A stretch of DNA of 64,000 bases from Bacterioplanoides pacificum (GCF_042648445.1 NZ_JBHRYB010000001.1:626711-690710), one strand, 5' to 3'; numbered from the stretch's first letter, positions 22,183-32,977 are shown. Notes: generated by a model not told the origin, from the sequence alone. Translations and numbers: made by a program.

Positions 22183-22571
22183 GGCCTGTTAGCCGCTGCT
22201 GGCGGACAGCGGCTGTGTTTCACCTGAGGGAATGCCAGGTGAATAGCCCAGGCGATCGCCGTGGCGTAGGATAAATTGGTGGCCAGTTCGATATGTGGGT
22301 TATTCAGGAATTCCCGCTGTGATGCCAGGCCACGGATTTTACTCGCCAGTTCCGGATCGAATGCCAGGTGCTGATTCCAGACTTTCTGATGCAGGGCGGC
22401 ATCAATATGATAAATGCCATAACTTTTGTTGGTCAGGCAGCTTGTGTCCGGCAGCTGGGTCTGGGCCAATAGCAGATTCTCGGTCGCGGCACACTGTTTG
22501 CCAAGGTAGCGCAGGGTGGGGCGAATGATGTGTTCACGCAGTTCCTGAGCGTCTAATTCCATGACTGTCAT
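22179..22571 (-). CDS. hypothetical protein
   Basis: 130-aa ORF convergent with msrA, with a 4-nt overlap of the stops. No motif recognised. Confidence 0.35.
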   Translation of the reverse strand: MTVMELDAQELREHIIRPTLRYLGKQCAATENLLLAQTQLPDTSCLTNKSYGIYHIDAALHQKVWNQHLAFDPELASKIRGLASQREFLNNPHIELATNLSYATAIAWAIHLAFPQVKHSRCPPAAANRP

Positions 22572-22653
22572 CCGCTACAAATGGCCAAAACTGGTAAACA
22601 AATAGCAGCTCTGGCGCAACTTGCCAAGTCTGTAATGATTCAGAGGACAGCCG

Positions 22654-23469
22654 ATGGCAGCCAATAATGCCTTAGCCCGGTTAAAATGGGTCGATAGTCA
22701 TTGTCATTTTGACTTTGATGCGTTTCGCCTGCATCGCTCACAACACTGGCAGCTGGCGCAGTCGCTGGGGCTCAGCGGATTAATTATTCCGGGTATTCAT
22801 CTGCACCAGAGTGCACAACTGCCGGCGTTTTGTGCGGCAACGGCCTGGCATTATGCTCAGGGATTACACCCGTACTTTCTGGCGCAGCATCAGTCTGCAG
22901 ACATCGCCCGGCTGGCAGAGCTGCTGCAGCGGGATAAGGCCATTGCCGTGGGGGAAATAGGACTCGATTGGACGCTGGCCAGGCAAACGGCGGATGAACA
23001 TGCCGCACGACAACAGCAGTGGTGGTATTTTACCGAGCAGGCAACGCTGGCTGAGCAACAAAAGTTGCCGCTGATTTTGCATATTCGTGGTGCCCATGAT
23101 GAGGCCGCTTCCTGGTTACGGCGCCAGCGCTTCAGTCAGGGCGGGATTGTGCATGCGTTTTCCGGCAGTGTGCAGCAGGGCCAGCGCTGGCTGGAACTGG
23201 GTTTTAAGCTCGGTATTGGTGGGGCAATGACCTTTCCCCGGGCACAAAAACTGCGCCGTACCCTTCAGCAGCTGCCGTTACACAGCTGGCTGCTGGAAAG
23301 TGATGCGCCGGATATGCGTCCGTCCTTTTTTAATGCCGGAATCAATAGTCCGGTCGCTGTACCTCTGTACGGACACATACTGGCGGCGTTAACCGGCACT
23401 GAAGTGGAAGAGGTTGCCGCGGCTAATCTGCGGTCTCTGACGCAGATTTTTCCTACCGCTGTTTTTTAG
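22654..23469 (+). CDS. TatD-family metal-dependent hydrolase
   Basis: VDSHCHFDF N-terminal motif and later His/Asp metal ligands, 271 aa. Confidence 0.8.
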   Translation: MAANNALARLKWVDSHCHFDFDAFRLHRSQHWQLAQSLGLSGLIIPGIHLHQSAQLPAFCAATAWHYAQGLHPYFLAQHQSADIARLAELLQRDKAIAVGEIGLDWTLARQTADEHAARQQQWWYFTEQATLAEQQKLPLILHIRGAHDEAASWLRRQRFSQGGIVHAFSGSVQQGQRWLELGFKLGIGGAMTFPRAQKLRRTLQQLPLHSWLLESDAPDMRPSFFNAGINSPVAVPLYGHILAALTGTEVEEVAAANLRSLTQIFPTAVF

Positions 23470-23581
23470 AGGATCGGGCACTGTAAATCCGAGTTTTTAG
23501 ATCAGGTTTTTCCATCAGCTTGTGTCCGCTGCTGACTGTGTATAGCTTGAAGGCAAGTCCACAAAGCAGAGGATACTGCGT

Positions 23582-24184
23582 ATGTTTCCCAATCATATGT
23601 TCGGCTTGTTATATCATCCCCGGGAGGAATGGGATGCCATTCGCAAAGAAGGGGCTCCCAGTCTGGTGCAGGTATTCGTGCGTTATGCTTTGTTACTGGC
23701 TCTGATTCCGCCGGTTTCGTTGTTTATCGGCTCCACTCAGATGGGCTGGAGTGTGGCCGGCGGTGATGTGGTGAAGCTCAGCACTGAGAGCGCTGTACCC
23801 ATTGCCATTGCCTTTTATTTTGCCCTGTTGGTCGGGATCGCGTTTGTTGCTTATTGCATGTATTGGATGGAACGTACCTTTGGGGTGACGGCCAGCTTTG
23901 AGCGTTGCCTGATATTTACCGTATATACTTCTACCCCAATGTTCCTGGCCGGTTTTATCGGCCTGGTGCCTATTCTCTGGCTCGACTTTTTTGTCGTGTT
24001 GGCTGCTGTGGCTTACAGCGTGTATCTGCTATACAGCGGCATTCCGATTTTTATGGATATTCCGGAAGAGCGTGGTTTTATTTTTGCCAGCTCGGTGTTA
24101 ACGGTTGGCTTGTGTGCCCTGGTGGGTTGTATGGCGATTACTGTGATTATGTGGGGAATGGGAATAGCCCCAAGCTTTATTTGA
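23582..24184 (+). CDS. Yip1-domain membrane protein
   Basis: 200 aa with 5 TM helices and a Yip1-like N-terminus (…YHPREEWDAIRKE…). Confidence 0.55.
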   Translation: MFPNHMFGLLYHPREEWDAIRKEGAPSLVQVFVRYALLLALIPPVSLFIGSTQMGWSVAGGDVVKLSTESAVPIAIAFYFALLVGIAFVAYCMYWMERTFGVTASFERCLIFTVYTSTPMFLAGFIGLVPILWLDFFVVLAAVAYSVYLLYSGIPIFMDIPEERGFIFASSVLTVGLCALVGCMAITVIMWGMGIAPSFI

Positions 24185-24203
24185 CGCTGAGCTGAAGATA
24201 TGA

Positions 24204-24243
24204 AAAATCCCGCCCGGTAGAGGATACCGGGCGGGATTTTTTG
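24204..24243. terminator. bidirectional rho-independent terminator
   Basis: aaaaatcccgcccggta…taccgggcgggattttt lying between convergent genes. Confidence 0.8.
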
Positions 24244-24257
24244 TGGCTGGCAGAAAC

Positions 24258-25523
24258 TCAGCCCCAGATGGCTGTGAAACTATAAAAGAAAATCACGGCC
24301 AGAGCGGCACCCGCGGGTAAGGTGACAATCCACGACACAAAAATAGAACCGATTTTTTTCATATTGAGGGAGTCAGCTCCCATCGCCAGGCCAACACCAA
24401 GGATGGCACCCACCAGGACATGGGTGGTCGAGATGGGCAAACCTGTGCCGGAAGCGACCACAACTGTGGTGGCTGCGGCCAGGGTGGCGGCAAAGCCACG
24501 GCTTGGCGTTAACTCAGTAATACCACTGCCAACGGTGGCGATAACCCGGTGACCAAAGGTCATTAAGCCCACCACAATGCCCAGAGCGCCAACCAGTAAA
24601 ATCCAGATTGGCAGTGCGGATTTAGCAGCAATTTCACCACCGTGTTCAATAATGCTGACGACCGCAGCCACCGGACCGATGGCATTAGCCACGTCGTTGG
24701 AACCGTGGGCAAATGCCATGGCACAGGCGGTAAAAATCATCAGAACGGAAAAGACTTTTTCTACATTAGCGAGATGGATCGCTTCTGACACTTCCTGATC
24801 AGCATGAATTCGCTGCACAAAAAAAGCGCCGATGGCCATAACAACCAGGCCGATCAGGGTAGCCATCCACAGGGCATCCTGATACGACAGGTTCAGCCCC
24901 AGATGTTTCAGACCTTTGGTTAGTGTCACCATCGCAATAACAAAACCAACCAGCAGAATATAAAAGGGCACTAAGCGTTTAGATTGACGAAAAGGATCGC
25001 TGCTGTCGTGAATCCAGTGTTTAACGGTTTTATACAGCACAAATGAAATGCTGCCAGCCACAGCCGGAGAGACTACCCAGCTGGCGGCGATGCTGCCAAC
25101 TTTACCCCAGTTCACCGCATCCATTGAGATGCCAACGGCGGCAAAACCAACAATGGCGCCAACAATGGAATGGGTGGTGGAAACCGGCCAGCCCCGAAAC
25201 GACGCAATCAGCAGCCAGGTGCCCGCTGCCAGCAGTGCTGACAACATGCCAAACACTAATAACTCCGGAGAATCGGCGGTGAATGATGGGTCAATAATGC
25301 CTTTACGAATGGTCGCGGTGACTTCGCCGCCGGCAAAGAAAGCACCCGCAAACTCGAAGACAATGGCAATTAAAACAGCTTGTTTGATGGTTATGGCTTT
25401 AGACCCAACGGAGGTCCCCATGGCATTGGCAACGTCATTCGCACCAATACCCCAGGCCATAAATGCACCAAAGACGCAGGCCAGGATAATAAACACAGAC
25501 CCCTGGTCGGCAATTAATTCCAT
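24258..25523 (-). CDS. pitA: inorganic phosphate transporter, PiT family
   Basis: GANDVANAMGTSVGSKA and a second GSNDVANAIGP repeat, 421 aa. Confidence 0.85.
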   Translation of the reverse strand: MELIADQGSVFIILACVFGAFMAWGIGANDVANAMGTSVGSKAITIKQAVLIAIVFEFAGAFFAGGEVTATIRKGIIDPSFTADSPELLVFGMLSALLAAGTWLLIASFRGWPVSTTHSIVGAIVGFAAVGISMDAVNWGKVGSIAASWVVSPAVAGSISFVLYKTVKHWIHDSSDPFRQSKRLVPFYILLVGFVIAMVTLTKGLKHLGLNLSYQDALWMATLIGLVVMAIGAFFVQRIHADQEVSEAIHLANVEKVFSVLMIFTACAMAFAHGSNDVANAIGPVAAVVSIIEHGGEIAAKSALPIWILLVGALGIVVGLMTFGHRVIATVGSGITELTPSRGFAATLAAATTVVVASGTGLPISTTHVLVGAILGVGLAMGADSLNMKKIGSIFVSWIVTLPAGAALAVIFFYSFTAIWG

Positions 25524-25722
25524 GATGAACTCCTGAGTTCACGGTAAAAAACGGCGCGATTCTACCTCAGCGTTTTCGTCGATCATAGGCGCCAGGGCAT
25601 GAAAAACGGCATTAACTGAACTTTTATTCAATCTGGCTGGCGCTGGCTGAAAAGGGTCAGACCAGAGCGTCGCTGGCCCTGGCTGTGGTAAACTGGCGTA
25701 TTATTTTTCTGGTGTTGTTAGC

Positions 25723-26838
25723 GTGTCTCATTCAGGTAAAAAATCCGGGCCTCCGGCTGCCCGCAAACGTCTGTCATTGTCGGGTGAAGCGGTTGAGCGC
25801 AAGCCCAGAATTCAGGTGCGTAAAGCATCAGCGACGGTTGCCAGCGCGAAAAAGCCGGCAACGAAAGCGGCCGCCAGAGCTGGGAAAACAATCGGACTGC
25901 ATCGTCGTAATGTTCACCAGGGGCGCTACGACATGGCGGCACTGGTTGCGACTTTGCCAGCGCTGGAGGCGCACCTGACGCTGAATCCACGTGGTGAACA
26001 AACCATTAATTTCTCCGATCAGCAGGCAGTTTTATGTCTGAACCAGGCATTGCTGCAGCATCATTACGGTATTCATGGTTGGCACATTCCGGCCGGTTAT
26101 TTATGCCCTCCTATCCCTGGTCGTGCTGATTACATTCATTATGCGGCGGATCTGCTGAAAAAATATCAGCTCGATCAGGGCCGGGTGACGGTGCTGGATA
26201 TCGGTACCGGTGCCAATCTGATTTATCCGCTGCTGGGGGCTGCTGTGTATCAGTGGCAGCTGGTGGCGAGTGATATTGATACCGCTGCGCTGGAAAATGG
26301 TGGCGCCATTCTGGCCGCGAATCCGCAGCTGGCCGATCAGATTGAGTTACGCCAGCAGTCACAACCGCAGGCCATTTTTCAGCACCTGATTCAGCCGGGG
26401 GAGCATTATCAGCTGACGCTGTGTAATCCGCCGTTTTATGCTTCTGCTGAAGAGGCGCAGGCCGAAAATCAGCGAAAACAGCGCAACCTGTCACGCCATC
26501 AGCAAAAGCGCCAGGAAGTCGTGAGCTCTGCTCCGGAGCTGGATGGAGTGTCGTCAGACCCGTGGGGTAAGGCGAAAGCCCGGGCTGAGCAGCGTAATTT
26601 TGGTGGTCAGCAGAATGAACTCTGGTGCGACGGTGGGGAGCTGGCGTTTTTGCAGCGGATGGCGCGGGAAAGTCGGGAATATTCGTGTCAGGTCGACTGG
26701 TTCACCTCACTGGTGTCGAAGCAGGATAATGTCCCGCTGTTGCTGGAATACCTGAAACGCCAGGGGGCGAAAAAAACCGAAGTGGTGAAGATGTCTCAGG
26801 GGCAAAAAATCAGTCGTTTTATCGCCTGGTGCTTCTGA
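25723..26838 (+). CDS. rlmF: 23S rRNA m6A1618 methyltransferase RlmF, with Lys/Arg/Ala-rich N-terminal extension
   Basis: Aligns to E. coli RlmF (…LCPPIPGRADYIH…, TLCNPPFYAS). The first ~55 aa are basic low-complexity; the true start is uncertain. Confidence 0.8.
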   Translation: MSHSGKKSGPPAARKRLSLSGEAVERKPRIQVRKASATVASAKKPATKAAARAGKTIGLHRRNVHQGRYDMAALVATLPALEAHLTLNPRGEQTINFSDQQAVLCLNQALLQHHYGIHGWHIPAGYLCPPIPGRADYIHYAADLLKKYQLDQGRVTVLDIGTGANLIYPLLGAAVYQWQLVASDIDTAALENGGAILAANPQLADQIELRQQSQPQAIFQHLIQPGEHYQLTLCNPPFYASAEEAQAENQRKQRNLSRHQQKRQEVVSSAPELDGVSSDPWGKAKARAEQRNFGGQQNELWCDGGELAFLQRMARESREYSCQVDWFTSLVSKQDNVPLLLEYLKRQGAKKTEVVKMSQGQKISRFIAWCF

Positions 26839-26848
26839 ATCCTGACGG

Positions 26849-27586
26849 TTACAGCCAGGCTTTACCAAGCAAAATCACCCCGGAGCTCAGCAATAACACC
26901 CGGCACAATGCCATAAAGCGTACCTCGCTGATACGCCCCTGAATTTTATGGCCGAGCCAGACGCCCGCTAATGCCACGGGAGCGAGAATCAGAGCTGTGA
27001 GAAGCAGGGTCTGATGCCATTGACCGAGGAAATAATACGGCACCAGTTTTACGCTGTTCATCACGCCAAAAAAGATGGCGGTGGTCGCCAGCCAGCGCAA
27101 TTTAGGCAGCTGACGGCCGATCAGGTAGATGTTGATCGGCGGTCCGCCGGCGTGAATTAACGTGCTGGTAAAGCCGGCGATGCCGCCCCATAACCAGGCG
27201 GCACCGCGCAGCTGAGACAGGTAGCGGGTCAGTGGTTGCCAGCAGGCAAACAGGATACACAGAATAGCCAGTGTCAGTTGCAACACACTTTCGGGGAGTT
27301 TTCCCAGTACCAGGCTGCCGAGCAGAATGCCGGCCAGAGCGGCAGGGATAATATGTTGTAATTCGGATCTGATCACATGCTGGCGATAATGCCAGATAGT
27401 CCGGGCGTCCATTAATAACAGCAACGGCAAAACCAGAGCGGCCGCACTGGACAGCGGCATCGTCAAAGTCAGCAGGGGCACCACGACGGTTCCGGCTCCG
27501 CTGGCGAAGCCGGATTTTGAAATGCCGGTGAAAATCAGGCCAATGACGGCCAGAACCCAGAACAGTGGCTGATCGTAAGGAATCAT
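26849..27586 (-). CDS. TauE/SafE-family sulfite/anion exporter
   Basis: 245-aa polytopic membrane protein with a twofold internal repeat (…GFASGAGTVVVPLL… / …GFTSTLIHAGGPPINIYL…). Confidence 0.65.
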   Translation of the reverse strand: MIPYDQPLFWVLAVIGLIFTGISKSGFASGAGTVVVPLLTLTMPLSSAAALVLPLLLLMDARTIWHYRQHVIRSELQHIIPAALAGILLGSLVLGKLPESVLQLTLAILCILFACWQPLTRYLSQLRGAAWLWGGIAGFTSTLIHAGGPPINIYLIGRQLPKLRWLATTAIFFGVMNSVKLVPYYFLGQWHQTLLLTALILAPVALAGVWLGHKIQGRISEVRFMALCRVLLLSSGVILLGKAWL

Positions 27587-27821
27587 ACTGTGTATTTTGT
27601 TAATTGTGACTGGCGCAGTATGAACCTGTTGTGTTCATAGTGCTACTGGCGGCAAATCAAACCACAAAGCGGTCAGTGGTTCGTGACTGGTTGCTGTGAT
27701 GGTTAATGGCCTGACCGAGTGGCAGCCTAATGCATCCGCCGGGTTCAGAGTCAGTTGTTCCCCGCGCTGGCTGACCCGCGCGGTGCCATTGATTATATGC
27801 AGGTAACTGCTGCCTGGCTGA

Positions 27822-28670
27822 TTACAGGTTGATCAGCCTTTCTGAGCGAAATGTCAGCGCTTCTGCCTGCCAGCTCTGCAGTGCCGGAATCAGTCTGGCA
27901 TGACCATCGACAATAAACTTGGTCGGCTGGTCACTGTTGAGCAAATTCAGCAGCGCAGCGCCAACATCACTTAATCGCAGGCTGATGGGTAATGACACCG
28001 TTTGTTGCTCTCCCGCTTCAAGGGTAACCGACTGCAGCTCTGCTGAACTCAGGGTTTTGCCCATCGCCTGCAGATTAAAACCCAGTTGTTGCAGGGTTAA
28101 GGCAAAGCTGTTGGGGTTATCCAGTGCCAGTTGCAGTTGCAGCTTGATCTGGCTGAAGCCGGCCTCCAGCAACTCAACATCTTTCAGTTGTACGTCAGGC
28201 AGGCGTGGAACGGGTAACACATCCTCGTATTCCAGCGGAATGGCAATGTCACCCAGGACAGGCACCTGGATACGAATTTTACCACTCAGGCCGTAAGGAA
28301 CTTCGTTCTGTTGCCGGGCATGATCCGCTGCCGCAAATAACTCCTTAAAACGCAGCACTATTGGCAGTTCTGTTGTGGTGCTGCCGGATGCGGGCAGGGT
28401 CAGCTGGGTATCCGGCTGTTGGATCTGTGCCAGTGATTGGCCGGCGATGGCCAGATCAAGTGTCAGCCCGGCTGTTGTCAGTGGAAACGGATTGGGGTTG
28501 TCGAGCTTAATCCGGGCGTTCAGGGTGATGCTGGTGAGTGATAAATTGGCCACTGCGACACTGGTTACTGCTGCTGTGGGTTTTTGCGCCTGACTCAGTT
28601 GCTGCAGATTGGCACAGCTGGCAAGCATCAGAATGGCGAACCAGAGTAGTAGTTGCAGGGATGATTTCAT
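27822..28670 (-). CDS. lipoprotein with two LEA_2 (late-embryogenesis-abundant type 2) repeats
   Basis: Lipobox LMLASCA and two internal ~120-aa repeats (…LDNPNPFPLT… / …LDNPNSFALT…). Confidence 0.5.
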   Translation of the reverse strand: MKSSLQLLLWFAILMLASCANLQQLSQAQKPTAAVTSVAVANLSLTSITLNARIKLDNPNPFPLTTAGLTLDLAIAGQSLAQIQQPDTQLTLPASGSTTTELPIVLRFKELFAAADHARQQNEVPYGLSGKIRIQVPVLGDIAIPLEYEDVLPVPRLPDVQLKDVELLEAGFSQIKLQLQLALDNPNSFALTLQQLGFNLQAMGKTLSSAELQSVTLEAGEQQTVSLPISLRLSDVGAALLNLLNSDQPTKFIVDGHARLIPALQSWQAEALTFRSERLINL

Positions 28671-28869
28671 AATAGCCTCCGTTATCAGGCGTCAGAGTGT
28701 AGCGCAAAGTGCCACGACTGTTTCACAGTGTCAGCAGCGCTCCGCCTGTATTTTGTATTTCTGCGGTATGGTAACGGCCGGTATCAGTCATGGCCGGGAC
28801 CGTCTGTTCTGGATTTTTATTACATGTAATTGTTTGACTTGTTACATGTGAGGAGGGTAGTCTGCCTGT

Positions 28870-29496
28870 ATGAAAGCAAAATCGTCAGCCCATTATCAAC
28901 GAGAATACCGCCGCCGTTTGCGAGAGCAGGGGCTGGTCAAGAAGGAAGTATGGATTCTGCCGGAGCATGCCAAGCAGTTGTCGGAGTTTGAAAAACAGCT
29001 GCGTAAGCCCGGCGAAGTAAGCGAAACAACAGGAGTTGTGACTATGACTGAAAACATCAAACGCTGGACGACTGCCAGCTTGTATGACGCGCTGCGACAG
29101 GCGGAGTTGTTTGCTGAGCAGCGGGCAACCATTGAGCTGATCGATGGTGTTGATCCGGCTTTGCATATTGTAATGAATGAATATGGCGATCTGCCGCTGT
29201 TCTTAACGGTGGTCGGTGATCAGATTATTGTTGAAGCGGTGTTGTGGTCCGCGTCTGATGTCAGTGACCTGGTGCAGTTTAATGATGCCGTCCTGCGTAC
29301 CCATAAATATCTGCCGCTATCGACCATCAGTCTTGATCAGGTTGACGGTGAGGACTACTACCACATGTTTGGTGCGCTCAGTGCCACGTCTTTACTGGCC
29401 AATGTTATTTTTGAAATTGAAGTCCTGGCCAGTAACGTCATTCAGGCTACTGAAGCCTATGGCGAGTTTTTAACCCTTCCTCTGGCTGCCAATTAA
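28870..29496 (+). CDS. YjfI-like (DUF2170-type) protein upstream of PspA homologue
   Basis: Sits upstream of a PspA-like gene, as yjfI/yjfJ do in E. coli. Acidic C-terminal domain. Family call made from synteny and feel, not a motif. Confidence 0.4.
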   Translation: MKAKSSAHYQREYRRRLREQGLVKKEVWILPEHAKQLSEFEKQLRKPGEVSETTGVVTMTENIKRWTTASLYDALRQAELFAEQRATIELIDGVDPALHIVMNEYGDLPLFLTVVGDQIIVEAVLWSASDVSDLVQFNDAVLRTHKYLPLSTISLDQVDGEDYYHMFGALSATSLLANVIFEIEVLASNVIQATEAYGEFLTLPLAAN

Positions 29497-29511
29497 GGCA
29501 AGGAGCACGAT

Positions 29512-30201
29512 ATGAATATCTGGGTAAAAATGATGTCCGCTTTGCGCGGTGGTGTAACGGAAGCCGGTGAAGCCATTGTTGATAGCCAGGCGTTGCGTAT
29601 TCTGGATCAGGAAGTACGCGATGCCGCCACTGAACTGACTCAGTCGAAAAACAGTCTGGCTGAAATTATGGCGCGTCAGAAGGTGGCAGAAAATAAATGC
29701 CAGGCGCTGCAGCAGCAGATTGAAGAACATGAAGGTTATGCGCTGAAGGCGCTGGAGAAAGGTGATGAAGGCCTGGCGCATGATGTGGCCGGTAAAATTG
29801 CTGAACTTGAGTCGCAGCTCGCTGTTGAGCAGGAAGCTGGTAATGGCTATGCCGCCAGTGCTGCCAGATTAAAAACGGCCATTGCGCAAACAGAGCGTAA
29901 TATTAAGCGTTTAAAACAGCAGGTTGACACGGTGAAGGCCACTGAAAATGTACAGCGCGCACAGGCTGCGGTGGCTGAACGTCATAGTGGTTCACACTCG
30001 CGACTGCATACTGCCATGGAATCGCTGGAACGTATTAAAGAAAAGCAGGCGTTGCGTGATGCGCAAATGGAAGCTGCAACGGAAATGGCGGAACAGACAA
30101 CCGATGCTTCGCTGCAGGAAAAACTGGAGCAGGCGGGTATTGCTGTCGGGGGGCACAGTGCCGATGATATTCTGGCCCGTATCAAAAGTAAGAAAAACTG
30201 A
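29512..30201 (+). CDS. PspA/IM30-family protein (YjfJ-like)
   Basis: 229-aa all-helical coiled coil. N-terminus MNIWVKMMSALRGGVTEAGEAIVD is typical of PspA/Vipp1. Confidence 0.8.
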   Translation: MNIWVKMMSALRGGVTEAGEAIVDSQALRILDQEVRDAATELTQSKNSLAEIMARQKVAENKCQALQQQIEEHEGYALKALEKGDEGLAHDVAGKIAELESQLAVEQEAGNGYAASAARLKTAIAQTERNIKRLKQQVDTVKATENVQRAQAAVAERHSGSHSRLHTAMESLERIKEKQALRDAQMEAATEMAEQTTDASLQEKLEQAGIAVGGHSADDILARIKSKKN

Positions 30202-30264
30202 TGTAAACTGCCGGCCAGCTGCCGCGGTGGCGGCTGGTTATTCAATGAGGCACAGGGAGTAGGG

Positions 30265-30948
30265 ATGTTTGCCATCTTTTTGACCGAAGGAATGAATCCT
30301 TTTTATCAGAATATCGCGTCGTTCCCGACGGCTGTTTTTACCTTTTTACTGGCGCTGGCTGTCTTATATTGGCTGGTGGCGGTATTAGGATTGGTGGATA
30401 TTGATATTCTCGATCTGGACTTGCCGGACGGTGATGCCGACCTGGATATTAACAGTAATCACAGCACGGCAGATGCGTTAGCCGGATTGTTATTGCGGTT
30501 CGGCCTGGTCGGGGTTCCGCTGACTGTCATCGTTTCTCTGATCGCCTTATTCGGCTGGCTGATCAGTTATTATTGTGTGCACTTCTTATTCGGCATGATT
30601 CCCGATGGGCTATTGCGCTGGCTGGCGGGTGTGCCGGTATTGCTGGTCTCTTTATACCTGGCGGTTTTAATTACAGCCCAGGTTATTAAACCGTTACGTT
30701 CATTTTTTCAGGCAACCGAACAACATACCGAGAAGAAGGTATTGGGCCAGGTTGCCATTGTTCGCACTGCTCGTGTTGATGAACATTTTGGTGAGGCCAT
30801 GCTGGCAGATGGTGGTGCCGGACTTATTCTTAAAGTCCGTTCCCTGCCGGATAGTCAGTTTGCCAGAGGAGACCGGGTGGTATTGCTGGAATATCTGGCT
30901 GAACAAAATGCCTATCAGGTTATTTCTGAGCAGGAATTTAATCACTAA
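30265..30948 (+). CDS. NfeD/YqiJ-like membrane protein (flotillin partner)
   Basis: N-terminal TM helices plus a C-terminal soluble OB-like region, directly upstream of the flotillin gene. Confidence 0.6.
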   Translation: MFAIFLTEGMNPFYQNIASFPTAVFTFLLALAVLYWLVAVLGLVDIDILDLDLPDGDADLDINSNHSTADALAGLLLRFGLVGVPLTVIVSLIALFGWLISYYCVHFLFGMIPDGLLRWLAGVPVLLVSLYLAVLITAQVIKPLRSFFQATEQHTEKKVLGQVAIVRTARVDEHFGEAMLADGGAGLILKVRSLPDSQFARGDRVVLLEYLAEQNAYQVISEQEFNH

Positions 30949-31009
30949 CAGGCTGTTAAACAGCCACCTTCACCGGTTGTCAAAAACCGGTATTTAAAAC
31001 AAACAGGAA

Positions 31010-32977
31010 ATGGAGTACCAGGACATGGCAGACTTGTCTGTATTAATGCCCATTGTTTCAGGAATCGGCATTGTCTTTATTATCCTTATGGGGCTGGCGG
31101 CCCTGTTTAAGGCTTTCTATTTTAAAGTCGATCAGGGCACCGCGCTGATTGTCAACGATATGAGCTCGACCCCTAAGGTGCATTTTACCGGGGCGCTGGT
31201 TTACCCGATCATCTACAAAAAAGAGCTGATGAAAATCTCTCTGATCACCCTGGAAGTTGATCGCCGTGGCAAGGATGGTCTGATCTGTGCGGATAACATG
31301 CGTGCTGATATCACCGTAGCCTTTTACTTACGGGTGAATGAAACCGCGGAAGATGTGTTAAAAGTCGCCAAGTCGATTGGTGCCGGCCGGGCATCCGATA
31401 AAGCAGCCGTGAATGAGCTGTTTAATGCTAAGTTCTCAGAAGCGCTGAAAACCGTTGGTAAACAAATTGATTTTGTCGCTCTGTTTGAGAATCGTCAGGA
31501 TTTTCGTGACAAAATTATTGAAGTTATCGGTGATGACCTTAACGGCTATGTGCTGGAAGATGTTGCCATTGATTACCTGGAGCAGACGCCGAAGGTATCC
31601 CTTGATCCTCATAACATTCTTGATGCAGAAGGTATCAAGAAGATCACTCAGCTGACCGCTGCGCAAAATGTGATTACCAATAATCTTGAGCGTGACGAAG
31701 AGCTGGCAATCAAAAAGAAAAATGTAGAAACCGTAGAAGCGATGCTGGAGCTGGAGCGTCAGCAATCCGATGCTGAAGCCAAGCAAGAGCGTGAAATTGC
31801 AACCATTCGGGCGCGGGAAGAAGCTGAAACCAAAAAAGTTCAGGAAGAAGAGCGTCGTAAAGCAGAAGAAACCACCATTATGGTGGAAAAAGATCTGTCC
31901 GTGCAGCGTGAAAACCAGCAGCGTGAAATTGAGGTGGCGGAGCAGAATCGTCAGCGCGCGGTGGTGATAGAAATTGAAAAAGTAACCCGGGCAAAAGACC
32001 TGGAAGTGGTTGCTCGTGAACGTGAAGTGGAAATCCAGAAGATTGAGGCAGAAAAAGCCATCGAACTGGAGCGTAAAGAAATTGCCAATGTTGTACGTGA
32101 GCGGATTGCAGTCGACAAAACGGTAGCGATTGAAGAAGAACGTATTAAAGAAGTACGCGAAGTTTCCGAAGCCGATCGGGCTAAGCAAACTCAGGTGCTG
32201 GCGGCTGAAGCGATTGCTGAAGAAGAAAAAGTGAAGCAGGTGAAAGAAGCGGAAGCGAAAGAGCTGGCTGCTAAACACAAAGCGATCGAAATCACCACCA
32301 TGGCTCAGGCAGAGCTGGAAGCATCGGCTAAAGAAGCCGACGCCAAGAAGAAACTGGCTGAAGGTGAACAGGCTGAGCTGGCGGCCCGCGGTCTGGCTGA
32401 AGCGAAAGTTCAGTCTGCTAAAGCTGACGCGTTTGAGAAAGAAGGGTTGGCTGAAGCGAGTGTTATCAAAGCCAAAGGTGATGCCGAAGCGGACGCACTG
32501 TTGGGCACTGGTAAAGCCGAAGCGGAAGTGGTGGCAGCTAAAGGTGATGCCGAAGCGAATGCTGCGCGTGAGATCGGTATGGCGAATGCTGCAGTTACCC
32601 GCGAGCAATACAAAGCCGAAGCGGATGGCCTGGTAGAGAAATTCGACGCGATGAACAATATGAGCGACGAAGCCCGTTCGCACGAAGAATTCCGTATGGG
32701 TCTGGAAACCGCGCTGAAAGAAGCTCTGGCCTCTATTGACGCCGGTAAAGACATTGCCCGTGAAAATGCTGAAGTCCTGGCTGTCGCACTGCAGAAAGCC
32801 AAGATCGATATTGTTGGTGGTGAAGATCACTTCTTCGATAACTTTGCTAAATCGCTGTCGATTGGTAAAGCCATCGACGGTTTTGCCGGTAAGAGTAATA
32901 CCATTCAGGCCTTGCTGGGCAAGGTAATGGCGGCGGCTCCGGCAGACGTAGCGACAGAAAAAGCAGAGCAGCATTAA
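31010..32977 (+). CDS. flotillin-family SPFH/band-7 protein (YqiK-like)
   Basis: N-terminal TM helix, SPFH domain and a ~350-aa E/A/K-rich coiled coil with EA repeats, 655 aa. Confidence 0.8.
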   Translation: MEYQDMADLSVLMPIVSGIGIVFIILMGLAALFKAFYFKVDQGTALIVNDMSSTPKVHFTGALVYPIIYKKELMKISLITLEVDRRGKDGLICADNMRADITVAFYLRVNETAEDVLKVAKSIGAGRASDKAAVNELFNAKFSEALKTVGKQIDFVALFENRQDFRDKIIEVIGDDLNGYVLEDVAIDYLEQTPKVSLDPHNILDAEGIKKITQLTAAQNVITNNLERDEELAIKKKNVETVEAMLELERQQSDAEAKQEREIATIRAREEAETKKVQEEERRKAEETTIMVEKDLSVQRENQQREIEVAEQNRQRAVVIEIEKVTRAKDLEVVAREREVEIQKIEAEKAIELERKEIANVVRERIAVDKTVAIEEERIKEVREVSEADRAKQTQVLAAEAIAEEEKVKQVKEAEAKELAAKHKAIEITTMAQAELEASAKEADAKKKLAEGEQAELAARGLAEAKVQSAKADAFEKEGLAEASVIKAKGDAEADALLGTGKAEAEVVAAKGDAEANAAREIGMANAAVTREQYKAEADGLVEKFDAMNNMSDEARSHEEFRMGLETALKEALASIDAGKDIARENAEVLAVALQKAKIDIVGGEDHFFDNFAKSLSIGKAIDGFAGKSNTIQALLGKVMAAAPADVATEKAEQH

